DNA of 64,000 bases from Yuukianura sp. NJ FZ-2021 (GCA_046563655.1 CM102284.1:5208001-5272000), one strand, 5' to 3'. Positions 52,536 through 64,000 are shown, numbered from the stretch's first letter. The notes: generated from the sequence alone by a model not told the origin. Translations and numbers: made by a program.

Positions 52536-53531
52536 AATTAACAAATCAAGTTAACCTAATACCAATGTTTTAGTAAATTATTAAAATTAGTTATCTTGAA
52601 TTATTTGTTAGTATTATTAATATTATTAGATCAATTTTGATCAAAAGAAAAACCAATAATTCAAAAAAGAAAAAGAAAACAAGTAATTTAAAATTAAATT
52701 ATTTATCAAGTGAAAATCAATTCGTTTTTTTAAACCCAATGTTCATTGCACAAGAGGAAACAATACGAAAGGTTGCAAATTATAAATTTCCAATAGAATT
52801 TTAATACACAGTAGTAATCATCATTCTTTTTAACAAAAATTTAGCAAAAGTTTCAGAAGAAAAAAAAACGTCCGTAAAATTCATAAAATACAAGGCTGTG
52901 GCGTGCACACAACTACAAGAAGCTCCAATTAATGGCGAACTACGGAAATTATTTTGTGGTTGGCGTTTTAATGAAGCAAAATTTATTGAATGATTTTTTT
53001 CATTTATGGTCAAATTCATAAAATTTTTTAAACAAATACATTTATCACCTCAAGCACCACATAATTGTCAAAACTTAGTATAAATAACTATGACCTTCAT
53101 TAACTTAAATGACTTTTGTCCATATGTCACTTTCCAAACTAATCTTTGCAAGTAAGAACAGTACAATACCGAACAGTAAGTTAGTAAGTACATAATATTT
53201 TTCAAAGTTAAATTTAGTAATATTTAAAGTTAATATTGAAAGTGAAGTTAGTACATTGAGTGTAATGTACTAGATTTTGTATTTGAAAATTAATATTTGT
53301 TAAAAATTAGTTTCGAAAACACAGTTGTTAAAGTGAGCTTAAGAATTTCATAAGGAATATTATTTCTCTTGGGAGTATTGATGCACTTTGTGCCCACATT
53401 TTCAATATTAGTTAATGTGTTAATGTCATCAATTCAAGTTTCAATTAATTTTAAAATTGTCAATTTAAACACAGCTTCTTTGGTCAGAAGTCGTAAGGTC
53501 AAAGGTCAAATTCCCCATGACTGTCTGCTGC

Positions 53532-56500
53532 TTAGGAAGCTGCGAGGTCATCGTAAGTTACAATTGTAACGCTCAATTCTCCTGGATGTCGTTCGGATTG
53601 CTTGCGACCTCGGCCAACCAATGGGCTTGTGATTGACTTGGTCACATTTGTCGTACTTTCACCAAAGACAGCGCATCCCAAGAAATGGTCCCTTCGTAGT
53701 CTCCGGTGAGCCCATAACTACAAAATACTTAGGTAAGTAAATTTAAAAGTCAAAGGTCAAAGGTCATTCACTTTTGAAATTGAACCTACCTCAATAAAAA
53801 TAGGCTTGCAAATGTCGTAGCGAAAGAAGACTCCTTGGAGGTTGAACTTTGGGTGTTGCGAATTCGGGACCAAAGCAGATCTCAATTTTTCTCGTTCCAC
53901 GCGAATTATACAATATGTATTGTCCGCTGGAGCAGAATTAACGTTAACCCAAGATTTAATTGACGAAATAACAACAATTTGAGTTAATTACGATTAACTT
54001 TAAATGGCTTACGCTGCGCCAGGCCATTGGCCCCCTCGACTGTAATAGAAGTGACAACCATTGGTGTAGAGCAGCAGCAGGAACAATATTTGGATGGTGC
54101 TGGAAAGTCCTTCACCAGCCGTTTGACTACGACTGGAGTCTCGGTGTACATTCTTAAGAAGTATTCTGTTTCGATCTTGGGCTCAAATGTCGTCGGTAGC
54201 AAAATGTACCTTCCAGTGTCCAACGTCCCTGAAAAGTAGACACTTCTGCCCTGGACATAGTCCGATGTCACAACTCTCTTGCCCAAGTGATGAGCCCTGT
54301 ATCGTCGATTGTCCTCGACTCCCATAACGTGAAATCCAATACTTTTGTACCTTGAGCCGCCACTTTGCTTTGTCCAAAATCCACGATTGTCCGTCTGTAG
54401 TAGAAAGACGACCAGCTCCATTCCGTCTTTCGGTACTTCGAAGCAGTACTACAAAAACAGTACAAAATATTTTCAGTTTTTGAAATGCATTTTGTGAATT
54501 TTGATTTGTATTCTAATTTTTTCCACACAAAACTGACCTGTGGATTCTGAAGAAAAGTAGGATGATTTGGACAGCCTCCGGCGTTGTTAGGCAACGTCCA
54601 CTCTCCCTTAAAACAATTTTCGTGCCAAGTTTTCTTAAAAGTGAAGGCAGAAGTGTTAATCAAGTGACAAATGCATAATTCACTGAATTCTGTCACAAAG
54701 TCATCAAACGGAATCCTAAAAACGAAAATTTCGAAATCATTTTCGGAAGTTTTTTTCTTATTTTGAAAACTCGATTTCGACGGAATTTCACTTTTGAGTA
54801 GTTTTGTCAATTACCAAAATTCACCGTCATCTTCAAAAGTTAGACCGAGTTTCTCTCGTTCCGCTTTCGAAATTTTGGACCACTCGGGTGATCTGGAATG
54901 AATTTGAATTAGTTGCCGAGGACTAAAAGCATGGGAACGGAAGCTCTTAGGCGAAGTTACGTTGAGAGGGCAAAGGTCAGCAGAAGCCGTGCTTGACATT
55001 GACACAACACCTCCATTTTGTCCAGAACTTTCTCCGACATTTGACATAGCAGCAGAAGCTAAGGCACTAAGCATCCAGAAATTGACTTAAATTACTAGAG
55101 CGTAGTGTCGGATTCTGGTTTTAGCATAAGCAATATTTCGAATTTGTGGATTTCAAAAAAGCACTTTCACCAAAAGCTTACAGTGTTTTTTTTTTTTTCT
55201 GTGACTTGCCCTTGTAAAGCTTCTCTTATTTGCACTAAACTTACGAGTCACTGAATGGTCCATTCCATTCCTTAGCACCCCAAGGATTTCGTAGACGCAG
55301 TAGCGTCAGTTTGTCTCGTTCTCTGTGTTTTCAAGAATTGAAATTAATTTGAAAACCAAAATTTTAAATTTTGAAAAAATCTACACTTTACTTAAAGTAG
55401 GAGAAGAGCGATGTTGAGCCCAGATTGATTGTTTTGACTGCGGTGATTCCATAGGCATGACCAAGAATCAAACCATTCTTCGTCCTTGTTTCAAATAAGG
55501 ACGAATCAGTGGCCTAAGAATTTGTGTTTATGATTATTGTAAAAGTATACTCACCAAATTAGTGACAAGAATTTAGTACATTTAGTACAATTTAGTACAT
55601 TAAATGTAATTTGTACAAGAAACGCTCACCGTAATAGCACAACACATCAGCGCATGTTCATCATGTTGACGTAACAGAGTTTTACGTAATGAATTTCGTT
55701 TTTCCTCCTGGTCGTATCCATTGTTTTTCAATTCAATCATCTCTGACAGTCCGGAAGTAAAGTCCACAAGGGCGTCAGCCAAAGTCCCACCTTCCATGGA
55801 TCCATAAGAGCCACAAAGCCTAAATTAATTGAATTTAAACATTTACTAAATGTTTCAAAAAACTGAAATTTCAGAAACTTATAAAGTTCAAATGAACGTT
55901 AAAGTGTTTATACTTGGCATAAGCTTTCTCCAGTAGAGCACTCCAGAACTCGTTTTCAGTAGTCGAGTGGCAGAAGATCAGTTGTCCATCGATTGTCGGT
56001 AGACGATCATCCACAACAACTTCCAACCACTTCCCAAATCGCTGTAATTCCAACAACCAATTACAAATTGGCAATTTTGAATTAAATAAATTTTGTTTTG
56101 AAAAGTCAACTTTCTATACCCAAAATCTGAAACAGAATATTCCACCGTAATTCTCCGGATGTGTAGGATCCCATTCCTAAAAAATTCGGGTATTTCACAT
56201 TATTTTTACATTTGTAGAAAAATTGTTGAGATCTTTGAATTTTGACTGACCTGGCCTTTGTAGTCGGGAATGACCTGTGACCAGAGTGACTTGACGGTGG
56301 CCAATGACGAACAGGCAGCCACGAACCAGCAGTTGCCCAGTCGCCCTTGGGTCACATCCTTTGAACTGGCTTTCTCCACGAACAGCGAAGGACCCTCACA
56401 CAGTTCCTAAATTTAAAACGGCAAAATTTGGAAATTACAAACCAATTTTCAAAATTCAAAAAGTTGTGAAATAATTTTATGATATTGATTGGTGTACCGG

Positions 56501-56674
56501 TGGTCGCTTCCACTGAACCGTTCCACCAAGCTGCTTTGTTAAATTCAAACTGTGTTCACTGGCCGTGAACAGTGGATCTTCAAAGAGTTCTTTGGCACCA
56601 ACACATTTCTTGTGCAGGGTCTTATAGTCTTGACCTTTGAACTTCTCAATGCCGCTACTCCCAAACAAACCCAT
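53532..56674 (-). CDS. CAPN5: Calpain-5/TRA-3-like atypical calpain (protease core, domain III, C-terminal C2/T domain)
   Basis: [32 protein letters not shown] (catalytic Cys); [25 protein letters not shown] (His); LRNPWG (Asn); [26 protein letters not shown]2-like tail ending TYDDLAAS* (TAA at 53532). No EF-hand domain was seen. Confidence 0.93.
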
Positions 56675-58211
56675 TGGTCACGCCTTGAAGCTGAAGTCTC
56701 ACCAAGTCACTGATAAATTTTTTTTTCGAAACCTGACAAATTGCGAAACCAGAATTTAAAGTTTTAATGATGAATTCGGAATTCAGCCCTTAGTACAATT
56801 TACTCTAATTTCACACCTTCAGCAATAAATTTGATCTGTGTAATTTCTCCAGTTCTATCTGCTTGCTAATCTCGTACAACACTTGCATATGAAATCTCGA
56901 TCGTCTCACAACATCCTTGTTATGTTTAGAATTCTGAAATATTTGTGGAAATTAAAAATGATGAATTGCAATTTCGAAATACAAAAGTGTATTTTGTGTC
57001 TTACGGTTAAATTGATTAGCGGAATGACGACAAATGAAAGACAGAAGACGGAAGGAGGAACAGCTCATCACTATTCTTAAAACACAATTACCTAATTTAA
57101 TGACTAATGAAAATGATTGAGCTGTCTATACTAGGATCTAACATAAGTACGAGGCCAGACGACAGGGTGGTATGTTCTAATGTAAACACCAAAAACATCA
57201 TCATCTCGGATATATCCCACTTCAAAACATACTCAAAATCTCACTTCCACTTTCCAAAGTGGAATTGTATACACATGTTGACAATAAATACAAAAAAAAA
57301 AGTTGAAATCATATCCCTCTGTGTATGCCATTTGAGTAGGAATTTTTCATCAAAAGTTTAAAAAAGTAATAAAATCACAAACATTTGTAATTAATGCAAT
57401 TCAATTTTGAAAATGCATTTTCGTCCAAAAATTTAATTTTAAATTTTTTGTTAGCAGAAGCAGAACTTTTCGAAAAGCGGAATTGTACATAGAATTTCAG
57501 AATTGATAAATTCTCAAAAATTGAAAAACTTTGCAATTACACAGAAGTGCGTTTCGAAAAATTTGCAATTATTGAGAGATTTTTTTTTTGACTAATTCGT
57601 CTTTTTTTCAGAATTTATAAGTTTGTTACCCGTTTTGTATTCAAGCAGGAATTTCAATTTTGTTTGGATTAGTGACTCTTCTTATTTTCGGAACCCGTTT
57701 CATTTCATTATTGTTGTATTTTTCTTATTTTGCAGTTTACAAAGTTCTTCATTAGGCTTAGCAAGTATAATGAAAATTTTGCGCATTCTGGACAGACAAC
57801 AAAAATTGTTTTTGCAAGGAAAAAGTTTTTTTTTCGCTTATTAAAGTTCATTCCTCTCCTCATCTAAGCTGGTATTTTACATTGTTTGACAAGCTTAAGA
57901 CCTTTGGTCCATTCGCGTGGCCTTCCACTTGATCCAAAGGATTTTCTTAAGTAGATTTTCAACTTTTGGACACAGGGAAAATTTGCGTGCAAAAAAACAA
58001 TGGATATGCAAAAGATTCCGGCTTGTGTTTCTTCTCCAAAGGTTGTTGTCAGATCCTGTGTCAAAGAATTCCATTGTCTTGTCTTCTGCTCCCACTTAAC
58101 TGCGGTCCAACTGTCAATTACTACTAAAACACTTAAATTAATTTTCATTAATTAGTAAAGTAATTAGAAACTTAGCTGGTTAGAGTTTTTTGTAGAAATT
58201 GTCCATAAGAT

Positions 58212-60393
58212 ATGAAGTTAGGTTTAGCCTTGCTCCGTTTGAGTCTCTCAATAGTTGCATTTGAATTGATTTTTCTATGTCCAGTGACCTCTGCATTCCG
58301 ATGGGAAGATGACGATTCTGTAGTTGTTGAGGGTAAGGTTGAATTTTTAAGTCAATTTGGAAAGTATTTCTTAAAATTCAAAAAGTTTCATTTTTGCTTC
58401 TCTTTTTTAGCGTTGACCTCAAGTGCACTTTTGAAGCGTCGCGGTGGCAAGTTTCCGTTTACATGGCCATGGGAGAGTCAAGGGTTTCATGGCAGAGGTC
58501 GAGCAGAGAATAATGTCATTGACCCCGACTTTACTTGCTACACGACCTTAGGAGAGCAAGGCGTCTGCGCAACGCTGCGAGAATGCTACCCTATGCTGTA
58601 CTCGGTAGAGTACGGAAAAAGTCGTCAAGAGTCACTTGAGACCACTAGTTTAATTGACACGCTCAAATCCATTTCTGGACCTTGTGATTTTCCAAATTTC
58701 GGCAAATTTCGAATTGGTACAAAAAAAATCCGAAAGTTATACAATGGATTTGAGAATTTTGAGTTTGATTTTTGGCCTCCTTATAGACATGCCGGACAGC
58801 CTAATTTGTTGTCCAAGCAGAATCGTCTTTCCGGAGCCTGGAATGGAGTATCTGACCAGCACTACTACTCCGAAAACAACTACTGCAAAATCTGCCAAAA
58901 CTACGACTACAACTGGGTCACCAAAGGTCAAGGAAGGAGATTCGGCTGTTCCAGGGGTTACACTTGAGCAACTGACTAAAAAAGAGAGACCAGCATCATC
59001 TCCACCAGAGGTCGTTCCAACAGTACCAGACGCCGTGGCGGCTCACTTTCACCGTGAATACATTTGCGGGTTCAAAAACGAAAGTGGAATGGGCGCAATG
59101 AGTGCGGAAGAGGCTTCAAATCGCTTTCCATGGATAGTAAGATTTTCAAAAATCTTTGATATAAAAATTTCAAAATGACGAAAAAATTTTGGATTGAAGG
59201 TGGCTCTTGTCGGAAACCGAGGTCACTTTTGCGCTGGTGCTCTGATTGATCGCTACAACGTCCTGACTTCAGCTTCTTGCACATATTTGTAAGCTAACTT
59301 TGGTTTAAAACAAGCCTTGACCTTTCACTTTTACGTTTATTTTGTAAGTTGTGTATTTTAGCATTTTCTAAATTTTGGACTTTAGCATGACCTCTGAAGA
59401 CGTTTCGAACTTGCAAGTGTATTTGGGAGACTACAAATTGCATTCAGTTGGTGATGGACCTCTGATTATTCGTAAAGTTGCAAGAATTATTTACCATCGT
59501 GCTTTCGACAACCAAACTCTTGTACGTACCACCTTCATAAAATCGAACCCATATTTTGAAATTGAAGTTTAGAAATTTAAAATTTTAGTTCTGTTTTGAA
59601 TTTTAGAAAAATGACATTGCGATTTTAAGATTCAAACTTCCAGCACCGGTCGGAACGGAGCGCGTTCTTCCAGTATGTCTTCCAAAGAAAACATTTCAGC
59701 GTCGAAAAGCAGAGCTGCAACAAAACATGCTCGTCGGAAACGAGGCTATTCTGGCTGGGTAAGTATGAAATTAATATAATCTCCTTTTCAAAAATTCTGG
59801 ATCTTAAAAATTTTACTCTTGATTGAAAACTTCTGATTTTTTCAAAAAACAAAATAAAAAATCTCTGTGTCGATAGGTGGGGTCGCAATTGGAATCCATC
59901 TCCGGTTCCAGTGCTTCGAAAAGCAAAGCTACGGATTTGGAACAACGAAGACTGCCGAATCAAGTATGGGTACCTCGCTCGATCTGGAATCACCGATCAC
60001 ATGCTATGTGCTTACCCACCACGACCGACGCTGGCGCAGTCTCCCAGTGTTGAAACAGCACCAGCAGATAAGGTCACCAGCATAACAACCGGTGACAGTG
60101 TTATCGTGCCGGAAGTCACAGAAACCAATCCGATTCCGGCTAAACCCACCGAGACAGTACAAAGTAGCAACAAGAATGTACGACACTCCGAAGTGTCCAT
60201 TTCGACAATGCCAGAAACCGAATTTCATGACTGTGTCGGGGATACCGGTGGTCCACTGATTGTCTTAAATGAAGATCAACGTTACGAAATTGTTGGAATC
60301 GTGTCATGGAACATCGGTTGTAGTCATTATCCGTACATTCACACTAGGGTAGGCAGCTATTTGAACTGGATAGAAAAAAATAGGCATCGCTAA
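58212..60393 (+). CDS. Clip-domain serine protease homolog with a large insertion in the protease domain
   Basis: Signal peptide; clip CYTTLGEQGVCATLRECYP..GPC..LICCP; Thr-rich linker; ICG..RFPWI|VAL..FCAGALI; LTSASC (His to Ser); NDIAIL; CVGDTGGPL (Ser to Thr); TRVGSYLNWI. TAA 60391-60393. Confidence 0.87.
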
Positions 60394-60978
60394 ATATTTT
60401 TTACGAAAATTACAAATTACACAAACTCTCCCACAATCCGCGAATTCTTGAAGTTCTGCTCAATAAAACTTCGGTTTTTGTCAAAATTTTCTCTAAAAAA
60501 CTCTCTGTTTTTTCAGCTTCGTTTTTTTTTCTCAAATTTTTTTTTGCATGTTTTGACAGTTCTCTGTGCAGTTCAAAGGCACACTTCAAGGCTACAAGAG
60601 TAATAGCCGCCAACGCCCAAGAAACCGGCTCGTCTTCATTAATCTTCCAAATTACAGAAATTCCTCAGAGATGATAAATTGAGATCACTTTTTTCACAGT
60701 CTGAAGTGCTGCTTAACAATTATTTTCGCTACGGAGAAGATAACGATGTATAAAAAAAATTGCAACAACAGGATAATTATTGCAAGCGTGAAAAAATCTT
60801 GCCAATTTGAAGATGTGATTGAACTTTACTAAAAAAAAACCTTCGACAATGTAATTTATTGCACCAGTTTAAACTAAAACTCCCCATTTTATTTCGGAAA
60901 AATTGAAAAAGGAGCGACAGCCTTCAAAAGAATCGGACCAGTTGAAAAGTTGGACCAGAACAAGAAACTTGTGCAAAA

Positions 60979-62736
60979 ATGAAAATTGGCACAATTTTGG
61001 CACTGTGGTGCTTGACCTCAGGTCAACCAAAATTTGCAAACTCTTTGATCCCGGGTGATTTGGGGGATGAAGACACCGTTGTTATTAATGGTAATTCTTC
61101 CAGTGAAATTTTGCTCTTGAATTTTGAAAGTTTCGTTGACCACATGTATTTGATTCCTTCTATTGGACACGACGATTTTTTTTTCAAATGTTGAAATTAT
61201 AAAATTATATCAATTTTGTTATAAATTATGTTTTTTTTTTCATTTACATATTTTCAGCCGCCACTGATGGAGAATGGGATGAAATCGCTGAAACCTCAGC
61301 AGGAGGAAACCGGCACAAGCGTCAATTTTCAGTATTTTATCCAGCAGTACTTCCAGCTGAAGTTCCAGTGAAATTGGAAGGCAGTCCTTGCGATTCGCTT
61401 AAAAATGAGCGTGGAAATTGCACAACAATCAGCGATTGTTACCCATTGTTGTATGCATCTCCTGGTGAAGAGAATCGTGAGCCAGGATTGGTGGACATGT
61501 TCAAGGCCAATTCTGGAGTTTGCGAAGATGTCGCCGTTGGTGGATTTCGTACGTACGGAGCTCTGTTTCCAGCGTTTCGTACAGGTAAAATCTTGATACG
61601 CATGCACTTAAGTTAAAAAGTGACACATGTTTTTTTGCAGTTTTGCGCAGTCAGCAGGAATTGATTTGTTGTACGTCGGGTCAACAGAGGTCAAGGCCTA
61701 TTCCAAATCCATTTCCACAACCACCAAGAGCAGAAAAATTTGTAGTAGGTGGCAGCAGCGTCAATGACATTTCGAAATTCCCGTGGCTCGTATCCATGCA
61801 TATCAGAGGGAGACACAGTTGTGGCGGATCGCTGATCACCGCTAATACGGTTCTCACGGCTGCTCACTGTTTGATGGGCTTGACCTCTCGGGATGTTGCG
61901 ACCATGAAAATCTATTTCGGACATCACGACATTTCTCAGGCAGCGGCATTTCGAGGTCAGCTTGAGGTCAGGACGCCTGCGCAGGTCAAGTATCACCGAG
62001 CTTTCAGCATGCGCGGATTGGTAAGGTCAAGGTCAAAGGTCACAGTGTAAAAGAAACTTTGGCTCACATGAATTTTTTGTTTGTTCAGAACGATGACATT
62101 GGTTTGATTATTCTGAATTCTCCAATTCCTGCAAATCATGCCAAAATCAAGCCCGTGACGCTTGCTACTCTTGGAGGAAGTGACAAGGAGGTGACAGTGG
62201 CCGGTTGGGGTCAAACTAGTTGGACATCTAGCACTTCATCTAGACTTCTGGAAGCTACGATGGACTTGTGGAGTCATAGTAAATGCCAACTGAAGTACAG
62301 TGGATTCCAAGTGCCCGTAAGAATCTCTCCGGACAAACAAATCTGCGCTGGGTCTCCCGGCAAGGATTCCTGTCGGTATGTGAATTCTGACATTTCTGAC
62401 AATTCTGACATTTAGTGGGTTTGCTTTCACTGAACTTTCACTTTTACCTTTTTTCTTGTTCAGGGGCGATTCGGGAAGCTCTCTTCATGTAAATCGAAAT
62501 GGAGTTTATCAACAAGTTGGTATTGTCAGTTTTGGTGGCAAATGTGGCGAATTCCCAGGTTTGAGATTGTTTTCACTACAAATCTTAGTTCAAGTATCAT
62601 TTGGTGTTGTGCTAACAATTAATTAACGTTAGGATAAACTTAAACGTGGATTTAAACTTACTTTTCATTTCAATTAGGTGTTTACACCCAACCATCCGCC
62701 TATAGCGCCTGGATTGAAAAGAACAAAAAAGACTGA
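60979..62736 (+). CDS. Clip-domain serine protease, catalytic triad intact, trypsin-like S1 pocket
   Basis: Signal peptide; RHKR; clip CDSLKNERGNCTTISDCYP..GVC..LICC; activation site EKF|VVGG; TAAHC; NDDIG; GKDSCR|GDSGSSL (Asp189); GIVSFG; GVYT..AWI. TGA 62734-62736. Confidence 0.9.
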
Positions 62737-63466
62737 AAGTCTTTACTGAAACTGAATTCGCATTCTCTAACACCAAGCACGAATTTTTATCAAACTCCAA
62801 ATCTCATGCAATTCAAGCAAATCAAGCAAAAAATTCTAAAGCAATTGTGTACTCAAAAAGTAGAATTTAATCAAAATTCTAAAAATAAAATTCTGAAAAG
62901 ACTTAAGTTGCTTTCCTTTTGAAGTTGGTCAATTTGACCTCGTCAACTCTATCGTCGGCATCACAAGAGATTAGATCTTCAATAAATAGAGAAAATCAAT
63001 GAGAGTTAATTTCAGACAAGATTTTTTGGAGACTTTGTTTAGCTAGAGGCTGTAGGCGTGAGAAATTGATTTATTGGATGAGGTAGGATACAATTGATAC
63101 TGAAGTGATTAATCGACTAATTTCAACCTCCGGAACGGCCATTCAACTTCTGCTTCAACTCAACCATGAAAGTCTTTCACCTAAAGGTAGATCCTTAGGT
63201 TATGGACAGATCTTCCAAGAACTTTGGTAACAATGTCCATGTACCTCAGGATGATCATGACTTTTCATGACTTGACAATTGACCGCCCACAATTCCCAGA
63301 ACAGCAACTGCGACATTATCCATCGACCACGCCCCATTGTGACTGATCCATTTCCTTTAATTTCATCAATCCCTTCAGATTCCTGTCAGTTGCTGATCCA
63401 GAGAGACTGAAACCAGAACGGAATTGTAAAATTGCAAGCTCACAACGACAATAAGACCACAACAAC

Positions 63467-64000
63467 ATGAAGATTTTGACGGTCACTGTTTTTTGCCAAG
63501 TGACCTTGTACGTGACCTTGGCCTTTGGACTCACGTCTCAAGTCACGACTGGCCAAGATGACACAATAACAATTGAAGGCAAAAACATACGGACTTTCTC
63601 TTTACAACTTTTTTACACCGATTTTTTTTAATTATCAATTGCGTAATTCATTACTTTTAGCTTGCTCAAACTGCGCATCGGAAAACATTGCTGGAAAAAC
63701 CCGAGTCAAACGACAATCACATTTGCCGGGATCGATTTTTGCTGGATTTCCTGGATTTGATGGACAATTTGGAGCATTTCCTGGAAGCAACTTGGGTGGA
63801 ATTCCACAAAATCCTGGATTTCCACAGTTTCCGTCATTTCAACTTCAGCCGGTCACGCAGAAACCTGTTTCGCCTGTGGCTTCATCTGGGACATGCCGAA
63901 CAACCAATGGGAGTCCAGGGAAATGTGTTCCACTGCGCCAATGCTTTCCACTTTTGTTTTCATCTGCGCAGGATGAACTCGGATACTCAGGGTTAGCCAA
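63467..64000 (+). CDS. 5' part of a further clip-domain protease/homolog gene (runs off the window)
   Basis: MKILTVTVFCQVTLYVTLAFGLTSQVTTGQDDTITIE, intron 63579-63660, then RVKR, a Gly/Phe/Pro-rich stretch and a clip start CRTTNGSPGKCVPLRQCFPLLF. The frame stays open to the window end. Confidence 0.8.

Noticed and set aside
55565-55600. Short intronic tandem repeats (ATTTAGTACA x3; also about 37810-37860 and 62383-62412)
   Set aside because: Ordinary slippage-type repeats with no unique spacers, so not CRISPR-like.
58700-58786. Possible third GC donor (TTCG|GCAAAT) in the clip homolog at 58212
   Set aside because: An in-phase GT donor (ATTG|GTACAA) lies 15 nt downstream with an open frame, so GC is not required.
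1-64000. Prokaryotic systems, rRNA/tRNA genes, autonomous transposons
   Set aside because: The sequence is intron-rich eukaryotic DNA. I saw no operons, CRISPR arrays, tRNA/rRNA-like blocks, or transposase/reverse transcriptase ORFs by eye.

Overview
AT-rich eukaryotic (invertebrate, most likely arthropod) genomic DNA with many short introns of about 55-110 nt. A springtail-like hexapod is only a guess from gene style. The supplied ORF track is fragmented by introns, so genes were rebuilt by hand from splice sites and reading frames. Content in order: (1) two convergent giant lipid-transfer protein genes (apolipophorin/apoLTP-like LLTPs; + 1945-14050 and - 15916-29724), separated by a degenerate repeat block; (2) ANKRD13C (-); (3) a motif-rich, probably bidirectional promoter followed by an unexplained + strand unit with small exons and structured introns; (4) two tandem FAAH1-type amidases (+); (5) a small chymotrypsin-like protease (-); (6) a cluster of five related + strand secreted serine protease/homolog genes (four with clip domains, the last truncated by the window end), interrupted by calpain-5/tra-3 (-). 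Main surprises: LLTP-A has no C8 domain and ends in a GPI-anchor-like signal, suggesting a membrane-tethered lipoprotein. Eight perfect AGGTCAAAGGTCA (nuclear-receptor DR1) 13-mers occur, mostly in tiny introns near splice sites and in both orientations. The protease cluster shares an acidic propeptide exon, and two members use GC-AG first introns. One protease homolog has a ~65-aa mucin-like insertion inside its protease fold. The FAAH paralogs have a near-intron pair.
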